A stretch of DNA of 27,090 nucleotides from Aplysia californica (Eukaryota): the NCBI RefSeq assembly GCF_000002075.1, contig NW_004797277.1:1013946-1041035 (forward strand). The letters run 5' to 3'. The position numbers and the translations under genes were made by a program. The notes below the pieces were generated by a model. The model did not search any database and was not told the origin of the DNA. It saw only the letters and a program-made list of their open reading frames with translations. Below, piece by piece: positions 1 through 11,479 of this stretch (within the stretch, counting starts at the first letter, position 1; each line of letters opens with the position of its first letter).

Positions 1-140
1 TGTCGTTGTATTTCTAAGATTGTCGTTGTATTTCTAAGATTGTCGTTGTATTTCTAAGATTGTCGTTGTATTTCTAAGATTGTCGTTATATTTCTAAGAT
101 TGCCGTTGTAGTTCTAAGATTGTCGTTGTATTTCTAATAA
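1..140. repeat. 20-bp minisatellite (TGTCGTTGTATTTCTAAGAT)x7, probably continuing upstream of the window
   Basis: There are four perfect copies, then variants tgtcgttata..., tgccgttgtagttctaagat and tgtcgttgtatttctaataa. Confidence 0.95.
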
Positions 141-1118
141 TATTGTCAGAGTTGTCGTTTATAGGGATAGATCTAGAATCATTAACGACGCCGAATTGAG
201 AACCGCAGCTACATGTATCTGTTTTGTGAAGAAAAAAAACTTCCAGAAATATCTCCCATCCCAAAATAGTATCTTTGGAAGGGAACAAAGATGTCTGTCA
301 TTGTAGGATTATGTCGAGGTGCCGAGAAAAGAGACGGTGGGGGGGCTTTTGGGTTTAGAATCAGTGACAGCTCCGTTTTTACTCGCCAACTTTGAGCACT
401 GCTAGCGTAGCCATAAGGAAAAACCGCCACAACAAATACAAGAAAAATGAAAAATATTCGATTGTAGCATTCATTGATTATTCTGGCAAACAGGTTTTTC
501 TAGTTTAATATTTAGAGATGGTGTCGTGTTTTGATAAGGACCTTGTGACTATGAAAGACGCTGGTGCGAAGTAATCATAACAACTGAACTAAAAAGACTG
601 CTTCCGCATTTTGTTTTGATATCATGAACTGAGCAACAAAGCCGGAGAAGCCTTTTTTCTGTACGAATAGGCTCTTGTTTTTCAAGCGGATGTTTTCAAC
701 AAATCTGTTGCATCATTTTTCCGAGTCTGTGGATCTGTTACACGTGCCTTGGGGCATGGAAAATGGTGTTGGTGGAGAGATATCAACCAAAAATAGGCCT
801 ACTGTGTTATATAGAGCATATTACAAAATGTGTAAAACATCATACCAGGCTACAAAAAAAAAGTCATGAAAAACGAAAGGCCATATTGTCTATTCACGTC
901 CGCTAACAAAATGTAACAACAGCAGGAACAGCAGCCTTGCTGTTACCCTTCCTATCTTTCCATTTCGAATATTACTACTATAATCAGCACGGTTTAGACC
1001 ATTTAGGAAGGGAGCTGCTCCAGGCCTCCCTATCTGTCAGGGCCAGTCCGAAGAGTTTGAAATGCTACATGTCAGCAGTATGACAGACGAGCTAGATTAC
1101 TTCCGCTTTCGTCCCTTG

Positions 1119-1202
1119 TTCATCGACTCATGTTAGACAAAGACAGCACAATCAGCCTTGTACATAGACTCACGCTAGACAAAGACAGCGCAATCGGGGT
1201 GT
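1119..1202. repeat. About 42-bp tandem duplication (x2)
   Basis: gactcatgttagacaaagacagcacaatcagcc and gactcacgctagacaaagacagcgcaatcgggg. Confidence 0.7.
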
Positions 1203-3249
1203 GGGGTGCATTATTTAGGTGATGCCTGCGTTACAGAAATTATTTTATTGAGATTCCCCGTTCAGTATGCTGAGAGGCAGCCTGCACAACATAGTCAAGG
1301 CCAACCTCGAGCCCAGCAAGCAGCCCATCTCTTACATTATTTTTATGTGCGAGTTTAATGCCGTACTAGGCACAGATATACCATTTTGAAAATGTAGCAC
1401 TTGGCTAGATAAGAAAAGTAAAGAAGAGTTAAAATACACAATGAGCCAAAGAGTATATTATGACATATATATCATGTATATTTGAGCATAATCATCATAG
1501 GATCATGAGAGTTATTCCACCATTAGGAAGGTTACCCCCTTCCACCCCCACCCCAACTCCCACATCATTACACTCTCATTCGGCCAACTAAATTTTGGCC
1601 TAAATTCATGATGAGAGTGAATGGTGTAAGGTATAGGTTTCAACCCCGGCAGACACTGTTTAGTTATTTAAGAATTGTATTGTTTTCTTCGTGCCCTTGG
1701 ATTGTTTTCATCTGCTTTCTTTGCAGAACCAGGGAAACGTTATAATGGGTTTTACTAGTATGATGAATTTTTTTTTTTTAAGGGATTTTAGAAATGTTGT
1801 GTAAACATCCGCTTAAACAACACACTCAAATCTCCATTTTATCTGAGCGAAAACGGTGAAAAGCCTTGAAAATTCCATTAACAACGCATTTTCAAGAACA
1901 CCCTGTTTAAGGACAGTCGACTCTGGGCTATTCAACACGTAACCCAGCATATCACACAAAAACCCCACCAAACCTATCGGCGAACCCTACAATGGAGGCG
2001 CAGAGTAAAAAGAAATGATTTTGAAATTTCAAGTAACAGACGCCGCCGGACACGGCCAAAAGAACGACCTAGTTTCCACCAACATTTTCCATATACCGTA
2101 TAGCTGCATCAAATGTATCGATACGTATTTTATATTTCACGCAGAAAGTTTGATGGACACATAATATCTTCAATTTCACGAAATCTTCTCATGTTCGTGA
2201 GACGGAAGTCATAAATATTATTTATGTAGTAGGGTGCTTCATTTTTTGTTGTCGGGTAGTCATCTGCGTAGGCGCTGTTTACAGCTTCACAAGGCTTGCA
2301 TTTCTTGTTCGGTTCAAAACAATATTTTTAAATATTTTACTGATCGTAGAAGCCAAATGGGGTATTCAATAACAATTTGTTGAAAGGGAATGGTAAAAAA
2401 AAAGTTTTAAAAAAAGCTGTAGGATACAGTTGGTGCCATTATAAAATGTTTGATTTACGCTAACGAGGACACAAACCGTAAAGGAACACCCCTCCCCTTG
2501 CACAAATACAAATAAATCATCACATTTTTGTAAACGTCGTATACGAGACCAAAGTACAGCAAAATTAGGAACAGCGTCTCCTTGAAGTTGAAGTGCTCCT
2601 TACCTCTTTCCTCTCCCGGTTCCACTTTTCTTTTTTTTACATCGTCTCATGCATCTGTTCTCTTGTAATTATTTTGGCCAACAGAGCAGACAACATTAGA
2701 TACGTCAAAAAGAGTGACCTTTGTTTGCGTCGGCGTTTATTTATTGCGTTTATTTTGTAAAGTGGGAATTTCTTCTGAGTAAAAAGGTTGACAGATAAAA
2801 TTACCCTTCCTCCTTTAACAAGGCCGTCTCAGCTTCCAAGACTTGAGACAATAATTGTGTTGTTTTGTAGTATGCCCTACTGCAGTCGCATGCGTGGGTG
2901 TAGTTATAATTATATGTTCCAAAGTCTTGAACCTTGAGTTTCGTTCAACCGTATGTGGGTCATCTCTGCGCCGGATTGTGTTTCGTCGTTTACAATATAT
3001 TCCGAAAAAGTTTTTTTTATACATCAAAACTCTTTATAGCTTTGCCCTGTCTCAACAAAGAAAGCAGATTAAAAACGAAACCCAAGGGCACCAACAAAAC
3101 CAAACTACGCTAAAGGCTCTCAGGAACCGAAAGACAATTCGTTCCGAGGGGCTGTGTCGTTTAAATCTTGCACTGAGACTGAGAGTAAAGTGTAAGCTAG
3201 TGTCAACCGATCAAATAGTGATTGATTATTGTAGGTTTTAAACTCCCCA

Positions 3250-3700
3250 GTGGACACTATCGATATCAATTTGGAGACGGGCTGCTTCGACCCTGCCAGT
3301 CAGAAACAACACGGATTCAAAAGGATTTAACGTCCAAACATATAATTGTTCTTTTCACTCACCGATTGACACGATTTAGATTGTAAAGAAGGCGGGCTTC
3401 CGATCCTGCCGGTCAGGGTCAACCCGGACGGATAGGGATACAACTTTCCAGAAGAAAAACCAGGATGCAAGATAAATATTTCTCCCAACTTAGGAATCGA
3501 ACTCGGGTCTCATGTGTGTGTCAGCGAAGCGCCTAACCGCTTCCCCACATATCGGTATACGTCCCAGTAGACAAATTGGCACGCGATAAAAACTCACCCC
3601 ATACAAGAATCGAATTCACTTCTGCGTGTGACAGCCAAGCACCTAACCCCTACGCCACAGACGCTAAATCTAACAAGGACATCCACGACAAAATAAATAT
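3250..3700 (-). repeat. Cluster of degenerate tRNA-like (pol III box A/B) SINE-like units on the minus strand. The two clearest units are at 3493-3549 and 3605-3664
   Basis: Minus-strand unit 2 carries gTGGCGTAGGGGttagg (box A-like TRGCNNAGNGG) and gaattcgattc (box B-like). Unit 1 carries gcggttagg and gaGTTCGATTCC (box B, 10 of 11). The A-B spacing is about 35 nt. The units are about 80% identical to each other. Weaker related units lie at 3270-3300 and 3385-3440. None folds into an intact cloverleaf. Confidence 0.45.
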
Positions 3701-4189
3701 ACAAAACAAGCAACAAACTTTGTGTGTTTTGAGCAAAAATTATAAAACAAGTTGGTTTAGAGACAACGCCGGCCTCTACAGAAGGTCAACATCACTAGGA
3801 TGTCAAGCAACATTTTTCAAGAGAGACAAAAATGTTTAATTCCATTAACAACTGTACCTATTTATATATTTCCCTTGCTTTTTGCGACATTTGGAATTTG
3901 AATTTCATAGAAATATTTCCTGAGCACACATACAAACGATACCACAGATTCAGAAACCGCAATAGAGATTTTTTAAACCCTAAAAAATAACAACGTTGGG
4001 CTCACTGCACAGCTGGCCGACCATGTAGGCCTACGTTTTTTCCCAGCGTGCTCCTCAAAGGACATAAATACCCCGCACACCCTTCACTAATCAGTTGGAA
4101 CTGTCTGTTCTGCTCGTGGTCACTGGGGACACACTGTTGTCTCCAGTCCTGTGTGGCTCACCATGTAATCATCGTGGAGAATATAAAGT

Positions 4190-4846
4190 CTATAGTGCGG
4201 TCAAAAATTCGTGGTGCAACCTATCCTCAAATATCTCTTTAACAGGTGAATCAATGTCATCCATACTTTGCATAGCAGTTTGTATCAACTTGTCATAACT
4301 AAATCTCATTTTTCTAAAACAATTGGGTCCAGATTAAAAACATTTTCTCCATAAATTTATATAAAATACTTGAAATCTCTGTCACGCGTAAATTTGTATT
4401 GTTCACAGCACTTCCCGCTTCTCACTCATATTTTGATTACTCGTATGGCCTACGTCACAGCTCATCAAAGACAATTTTTACTTGCAAAACTTGTTACAAG
4501 ATATTATTGTTATACTGAACATATTTTTGCACTAATGGCTCTCAAAACATGCGTTCAATAAGCATAATGTCCCGATTAGAAAAACCTGACAGACTTGCTA
4601 TTAAAAGCTATATTGCCCCAGCTGTAAACATTTAAAAATCTGTAGAAACCGCCCACTTGGATGTTTTATTAGTATTTATTAAGTAATTTTCTAGAATACA
4701 GCTTGCAGGTGTTTGAAAAAATGTTGATCTGCTAAGACAAATTGATACAAGTCACTGTGCAAAAATTGGAGAACCTAGATCTATGTTCGATAGTTCAGCA
4801 GATATTTGAAAATAAGTCGCACCACGAATTTTTGACCGCACTATAG
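4190..4846. mobile_element. Putative MITE bounded by about 46-bp inverted repeats (4190-4236 and 4801-4846)
   Basis: ctatagtgcggtcaaaaattcgtggtgcaacctatcctcaaatatc against the reverse complement of gatatttgaaaataagtcgcaccacgaatttttgaccgcactatag (about 41 of 46). The internal 560 bp is AT-rich and non-coding. Termini and TSD are not resolved. Confidence 0.4.
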
Positions 4847-6514
4847 TACAGTACTAGAATGGGATTCACTTCGCGCAGAGGTATGACGTCAACACAGATT
4901 TACGCAGCAATGCTCCTCCAAAGACGAGCTGTACTACATTCATCACCCAGTTTTTCCAATAAACAATCACCAAGGGCACTTTTTGTTGCAATTCCACTGG
5001 TGATTGTGCTTTATGAATGCAATAAAAACTACAACATCCAGCATGACTACAGAAGCAGAGAAGAGGCTATCGCCCATTCTGCCTCTCAGGCCGGTGCACA
5101 CGAGGAAAATTTCTTCTCATGACACGGCTGCAAAGTATGACGTCAGCACCTAGACATGGATGGCTGATGCCCAGTGCAGTCTAAAGTATCTAGCACAGTG
5201 ATTAGGCCCTACTATACATAATATAAATACAGGTATGGTCTCTGATCGATCCCACACTGCTGGTACTGCATCTATAAATAGAGTATTCATAATTATAGGC
5301 TGTGAAGTACGATGTCGCTTGGAAGTGAAGAGAGACAAACGGGCCAGAAATTGCTTAATTTGCATACAAGCAGCAGTGCCACGAATGAAAATTTTCCTGG
5401 TGTGCAGGTGCCTTATGCAGAAAGGAATTGTCTGCTCTGTAAGGCCCAGACCTGCTTTGGTCTTGTGAAGTTGATCTCGGACTAACCAGAAGCTTCATTG
5501 GAGTCCTCATTATGACGGATGGTGGATATGACAGTTTTTCATTTGTTTCAATTGGAATATGTCCTCTGGTCGCTTCCTTGAAAGGGTCCGTTTTGCAAGA
5601 ATCTTTTTTTGTTTTTCTAACAGTCCCAAACATCATCAATCCACAGGCCTCGAGAGCTAAAGCAAGAGTCATATAAAATTAGATACCAGTAAACCAGTCA
5701 AAATTCAGTTGCTTTTTTTCCAGTTAATCAAAATACCTTTCCCGCCCTGGCAGGCACTTTGTATTTTTTAGGGGGGTACATTTTGGCAGAAAAATGTCTT
5801 AAGGGGGGGGCAGCTGAAGGCTATCTCGCTTATTAGAAGATCAAATGTTACCAAATTCCACACAAAATATAACAAGCACAGTAAGGAGTCTTAAAATTAT
5901 CCAGAATCAAAATTGAGAAAGAAAAATTAGTTTCCATGGATAAGGTGGCCAAATTGGATTTTGTTGATGTCTTACGTAATTAATATCACACTTAGATTTC
6001 ATGGAATTAAATTGGATTTTTTGTATGCATTTTGGCAAAAAATAGATCTACAAATCTGTGTGATGAATTTTGACTAAATGTGCTTGAACATTTTTAATTA
6101 ATTTTTTCCTGCGGTAGTATTCACGTTTGCAAAATATCCATGAAAGTCCACACTCCAAGCACCACCAATAAAAACTATTCCGTACATCAAAAATGCATGA
6201 CACAGAGAGAGTTTTAGTATTACACCTTTTCTTCATTCTGAGAAAATACCATTAAGATTGGATGAAAAATGGTGGAGTCATTTTTAAAAAGTATTTAAAA
6301 ACCATGTTTTGAGAAAACGGGTTATAAAGAAAAATAAAAGATTGACTTTATGAGAAAATGGTGGTGACAAACATGCCCAGTACAGGAAGAAAGAAGGCTT
6401 TAGGGGGTTCTTAAGCGATGAAACAGTTGTAAGAGAGGCTGAAGAAGCTAAAAATGCCTACAACTTAAAATCCATAGTTTTGAGCCGAATCGGGACTTTC
6501 AGGGTGCCGATCCC

Positions 6515-6531
6515 CCCCCCCCCCCCCCCTT
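6515..6531. repeat. Poly-C homopolymer (17 nt)
   Basis: Direct reading. Confidence 0.95.
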
Positions 6532-6750
6532 AAACTTTACTAAGAGGGATACAGCATCCAAGCACGAAAGAGTCTTATAGTCACTAAAACTTGTTAAAAA
6601 GATCAAAGCTAACATGTCAAAACTGTACACATACATAGTAAGAAACGCAAAACGGTAGATTAAAAACCATAATTGTATACTTTTTATTAGGAAGAAAACA
6701 ACCCCTATATAGAATTCAGGTTGGGTCCTTGTGTGTGAGTTTAAGAATAT

Positions 6751-6759
6751 GTGTGTGTG

Positions 6760-6831
<72 letters not shown>

Positions 6832-6834
6832 CGA
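6751..6834. repeat. (GT)n microsatellite, about 38 units, one interruption, GC-rich decay at the 3' end
   Basis: Direct reading. It drives the track ORFs 6499..6846(-) and 6729..7023(+). Confidence 0.98.
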
Positions 6835-7689
6835 GCGTTCAGGCATGCAAGCTTGTATTACATAGGCCTACATGCTTGTCAAGTGAAAGCCACAGGACAC
6901 CTACTGTGTCTACACCTATATGTAAATGTGTTTGAACATATGTATGTAATAAAAAAGGACAGTGCTATCACAGTGATAAGCTCTAAAAATAAGTTAGCTG
7001 TGTCTGCAACTGTTTTAAAATGAGCAGTAAGAATATATAATAAAAGTACCATGAAAAATTTCATCAGTTAAATATTATCTTATCAAAAGGCACCTCCACT
7101 GACTGAAACCAAACAATCAGAGAATATACGCAGACAAACGAAAGCATACATAAATAGTGGCTGCTCACAACAAAGCTGGTCCAGATGGTAAAACGATTCA
7201 GAATTGGTATGCATCAACTCTGTATAGAGATATGAAATTATGTTAAAAAAGAACAGATAAACAAAGCATCAATTAAAGGCCCATTTGGAACATCTTAATT
7301 CTTAAGAAACATAATAAGACAAAGCAACAGGGAGCAGGATGTTAAAGAACAACCCCAAATGCACACTCACAAAAAGATACATTTTTTAAAGAGTACACAC
7401 GCACTCATTGAAATCTAAAGAATCTAAACATGCATTGTGAGCTGCCTCTATGACAATTTTGAAATAAAAACCTGACGCAATGTAAGAGCTCACAAAGTTA
7501 GTATATCACAGGAGGAAATATCTAAATACATGTATGTGTACAAAAAAAAAAGAGCTGTTCATTACTTTTACCAATACATTTGGGGCAGGCAATAGACAGC
7601 ATGAACTGTGTAAAACCGGAAAAAACTTGAGACTGGGCAAAGACAAGAGAGCCATTTTGTGGTGTGACATACCAACTGTCAGGAGTCTC

Positions 7690-7900
7690 GGAGATGAAAA
7701 GTCTTTTCGTTTTAGTAAGAGAAGAGTTTTACAGCGCTTGCAAAACAATAAGGTAATGAAAATGCCATAGATTAGAGGTGTTACAAGAGAGCAACAAACA
7801 CATAAAAGAAGGAGGAGAGATAAGGATGATAGATAGATGTCAGATAAGAAAAAAGGTGCAAACAACACCAGAGCACCCGGCAGCCATCTACAGATGTATA
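7690..7900 (+). repeat. Dispersed repeat family C, copy 1 (about 200 bp)
   Basis: gttttagtaaga...cttgcaa...gccatagattagaggtgttacaagagagcaacaaacacataaaagaaggaggagagataagg...gataag...caaacaacaccagagcacccggcagcc, against 24770-24980. Confidence 0.65.
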
Positions 7901-8299
7901 GTCAAAGGACCCAAAGTAGCAAAGTGTTTAAGTTGGAATGAGCACAGAAACAAAATTTATAACACAGAATTTCAAAAGTTTAATTCTTATACTTTTCACC
8001 AAAGCCAGAATGGCTCAAGAATAACCTTTGTAATCACAGACTCTTGCCTTTCTGCTCAACAAACCATGCACAGAGACATGTCATACCCAAACACATTTCT
8101 TGCACAGTTCACATGATTAAGAGTACAAAACAGCTACGGAGGTATCTTATTCTACTACTGCAGAAATTATGCGAGGTATTCACAAATTAAGTACACCCAG
8201 TGCCCACAATAAACATATGCTTTCATAACTCTGAATGAAAAATGACTTAGAGGAATAAAAAAGATTGGGAAATATTTTCTCGGAAAGATATAAAAGTGA

Positions 8300-8790
8300 G
8301 CAAGCTGACCATTGACCAGTAGATTGATGCACCACAAACATCGAACATTTGTGAGACATCATGGTGAAAGACAGGCGCCTGTCAAAATAATGAAATCAAG
8401 GAAACCAGCATTTTCCGCCGGTTTGCCAATCTTTATCAGATTTTTGTTTTTTGGCTCAACAACTTTCATATTCATTTTATTAATACATTTCTGTGTGGAT
8501 GTTACTCAAAAACACTGACTTTAAAAAATGCAAATTTGCAGCTTCCTAGGACTCTCAAACTTTGGAAGTCGCCAGCTTAAGGGGCGAATTTCTCTATAAT
8601 TTTACCTCAAGACTATGCAACCCCCACCTCATTCAATCCCAAATATCTCAACTTCTATTCAAGATAGTTGAATATTTTTAAAATCTAAAGCAAGACAAAT
8701 GAACAAGATTTAATAGCTCCCCAAGCCCAATACCTGATGAGCACCTGATTCCATGGCATCATGACACATTTGATCACTGCTAGCAGTTCA
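8300..8790 (+). repeat. Dispersed repeat family B, copy 1 (about 450 bp, unclassified)
   Basis: It is colinear with 23930-24392. Shared blocks include gtcaaaataatg, tttctgtgtg.at, aaactttgg, attcaatc.caaata, ttcaaga.a.atag, aagcaagacaaatgaacaag, tgatgag.gcctgatt and catgacacattt. Confidence 0.7.
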
Positions 8791-9020
8791 TGAAAACCTG
8801 TAACTTTCCTTTCACTGTGGTAGAGTACAAAGGACTGCATAATCCATGACAGACAAAGGTCTCTACGTGTCATTCAATACATTTTCTTTTTCCCCAACAA
8901 TCTTATTTTTGCACTTAATAATATATTATGTCATAATAAAATTATATCCACCAAAGATAGCAAAGTGTGGATACTAGTACAGTTTCTTTCATTCTTGAAT
9001 TGGTTAAATATGACTACATA

Positions 9021-9199
9021 CAGTGGAAACCACATATAACAGGCCCGGTAATAACGAGGATCCGGAAATAATAGGTATTGTTTAAATCCCCGTTTTTTCC
9101 TACTCTTTGTCTCTATTAAAAGTAATCGGCAATAACAGGGCCTCATCGGAGCCTAATCGGTTATAGCAGGGACAAAGGCTCGTTAACAACGTGTAAAAA

Positions 9200-9286
<87 letters not shown>

Positions 9287-9644
9287 TGTGTGTGTGTGTG
9301 TAATGCAGTGATGGAGCAAGCCCACACAAACAAGCGACACCACTGCAAGCACACGCAGCGGTGAAGCGAGAGAGGACTGCGGTGTGCTGGCAGACTTCGA
9401 TCCAGCCCTAAGCCTAGCTACAAGCACGCATAATGTGTCATGTGCAGGCCTGCCACATAGCCACAAGAGAGGACTGCGGTGTGCTGTTCTTGTGTACTTG
9501 TGGCAAGGGAAATTACCAATAAATAAATACAGCTGGATTAGTCCACAAATGCTTACTTCCCTTGCATTTCTGATTTAACAGGGATCTGATACAATAGGAC
9601 TTTTTCTCTGGTCCCATCATCCCAGTTACATTAGGTTTCCACTG
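9021..9644. mobile_element. Tc1/mariner-type MITE (about 624 bp). Termini are CAGTGGAAACC...GGTTTCCACTG with about 26-bp imperfect TIRs and TA flanks. It contains a (GA)n microsatellite
   Basis: Left end ta|CAGTGGAAACCACATATAACAGG at 9019-9043. Right end CCAGTTACATTAGGTTTCCACTG|ta at 9622-9646. About 22 of 26 TIR positions match. There is no ORF with transposase motifs inside. Confidence 0.65.
9203..9300. repeat. Compound microsatellite (GA)n of about 40 units, then (GT)8, inside the first MITE
   Basis: Direct reading. It drives the track ORFs 9100..9466(-). Confidence 0.98.
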
Positions 9645-9656
9645 TAAGTGTATGTA

Positions 9657-10486
9657 CAGTGGAACTCGGATTCAACAAGGTCGTCGGGCCTGACCTAAAA
9701 TCTCGTTGAATCCGAGTGTTCGTTACTGCAAACACGAGGTTTTGTGTAGATAATTACAGGCACTGAGCAAGTAATGTACAAGAGAAGTCATAAGTAGTGC
9801 CTGAAATGCCTGCATATTATGAGCTGTGTAAAAAAAAAGACCGATTCGTTCAAATACACATGCCTGTGTAATCTCGATTGTTTACCACAAAGTTGTGTTG
9901 CTGTAGAGCCTAGCATACGGCAAATTTTGATTCCATAGACCAGCGCACAATTCAGTACGTAGATCTACGTCAAGACTAGCTTATTATTAATTATTGTAAT
10001 ATTGATCAGTTGCCGAGGGAAAAAAAGACTATGACACGTTTGTATGCGACGTTCAACACCCGGACCGCAAGTGCCCCCTCCCCGACACGCACTCACAGTC
10101 ATACGTGTGCAGGCCGCCCATTCGACCCAGACACACGCCTGAGTAGACACATGCACGTGCCAACTTCACATGTGTTGGTATTTAAGAAGGCCGCTGATTG
10201 GTCGCATGCAATCGGTTAAGTGAATAATGGTTCACGATGCAGGTGCAATGGATGGTTTTCGAGAATAGATACAGTTTGTTCGGGGAGAAAAATTAGCGAA
10301 GCCAAGTCTGCGGAGGCTGTTCACCCTGGAAGCGACCTCGTTTAATCCGAGCTCGCTGATTTAAGTACTCGTTGAATCCGGGTTACTTTTATTGATTTTA
10401 AAGGAAAAAAAACCCAGGGAATTTATCTCATCTCGTTGAATCCGAGTTCTCGTTGAATCCGAGCTCGTTAAATCCGAGTTCCACTG
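9657..10486. mobile_element. Second Tc1/mariner-type MITE (about 830 bp). It has 24-bp TIRs CAGTGGAACTCGGATTCAACAAGG / CTCGTTAAATCCGAGTTCCACTG, TA TSD, and at least 5 subterminal copies of TCGTTGAATCCGAG
   Basis: Left ta|CAGTGGAACTCGG at 9655-9669. Right CCGAGTTCCACTG|ta at 10474-10488. The motif TCGTTGAATCCGAG (the inner half of the TIR) recurs at 9702, 10338, 10368, 10431, 10449 and 10464. It is separated from the first MITE by only 10 bp. Confidence 0.7.
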
Positions 10487-10772
10487 TATAAAAAAAAGAC
10501 AACTAAGAGGAGTAACAATCCAAAAGATAGCTATGTACAAAGCTGACTGTATATACAGTCGACAGAGTCTACTCAAAGTAGCAGACTTTACACTTTTGCT
10601 TTCTACTCCATATTCCTAGTAAATAATATGTGACATTGTGAGCTGCTGATGTGAAGTCAAGTAAGAGTAGACAACAAGAAAAGGGGAGACATAAAAAGCT
10701 CCAGGTATAAAAATATGTAGTGCATATAAAAAAACAAACTGATATGTCTTTATGTCTTTATTGCCAAATATG

Positions 10773-10776
<4 letters not shown>

Positions 10777-10817
<41 letters not shown>
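10777..10817. repeat. (CA)n microsatellite of about 20 units, preceded by (CT)3
   Basis: Direct reading. Confidence 0.98.
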
Positions 10818-10820
<3 letters not shown>

Positions 10821-11479
10821 TAAATACCTACCCAAGAGAAAAAATGCTATGAGTTTGAAACACTTTACCAAGTGTGACACATGTTTTCAGAAAAGAAAGA
10901 GAGAAGGTAAGAATTCGATCTGACTCTAAGTTGACCTTTATCATACTTTATGAGGACAGTATTTGCTCCTACACAAAGAACTCAACAGACTAGGATCCAT
11001 CGCAGAGTAGAACTAAGCCCTTGAAGAGCTGGGAAAGTTCATCAACTAACAGCAATGTGGCAAGAGGAAGATATAATAAAAATTATTCAAATATCAAAAC
11101 TTCAAAATGTTATATTGGCATTAGGAGGCCTAAAATATTGTGAAATGTTCGAAACAATTATCCTTTATGGCAAATTTTATACAAACATAATAGAACTATT
11201 ACAAAAAACTGTAACAAATTCATTTTGTTTCATTGTTGTAATAAAAAAGAAAGCCAAATAAATCCTAATAATTGCACTCCAGAACAATAACAGTACATAC
11301 ACACAACATATAGCCAAATAAAAATAAACAAAAAACAAATTGATTGAAAGGAATCCACTCAAAAGGAAACTAATTGTAATGATTAATGAATGCACAGCGA
11401 GGTAAAAAAGAGGAGTCCAATCCCCATTATCGCTAGCCAGCTGTTCAGGTAAAGTTAGCCTAAAATTATGATACAAATT

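Noticed and set aside
1-140. Possible CRISPR array (regular 20-bp direct repeats)
   Set aside because: The repeats are contiguous with no spacers. The context is eukaryotic and there are no cas genes. It is a minisatellite.
3480-3670. Calling bona fide tRNA genes
   Set aside because: A and B boxes are present, but neither unit yields a complete acceptor, D, anticodon and T cloverleaf by eye. They are better treated as SINE heads or pseudogenes pending tRNAscan.
6499-7023. ORFs encoding HTHTHT and CVCVCV peptides
   Set aside because: They are driven entirely by the (GT)n microsatellite. The same applies to 9100..9466 at (GA)n and to 10720..10923 at (CA)n.
8561-8585. Short shared motif gaagtcgccag(c)tt.aa.g at 8566 and 24594, the latter abutting the donor of the MVP exon at 24620
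   Set aside because: Only about 15 of 19 identical. It probably belongs to the family B and A repeat edges and is too short to interpret.
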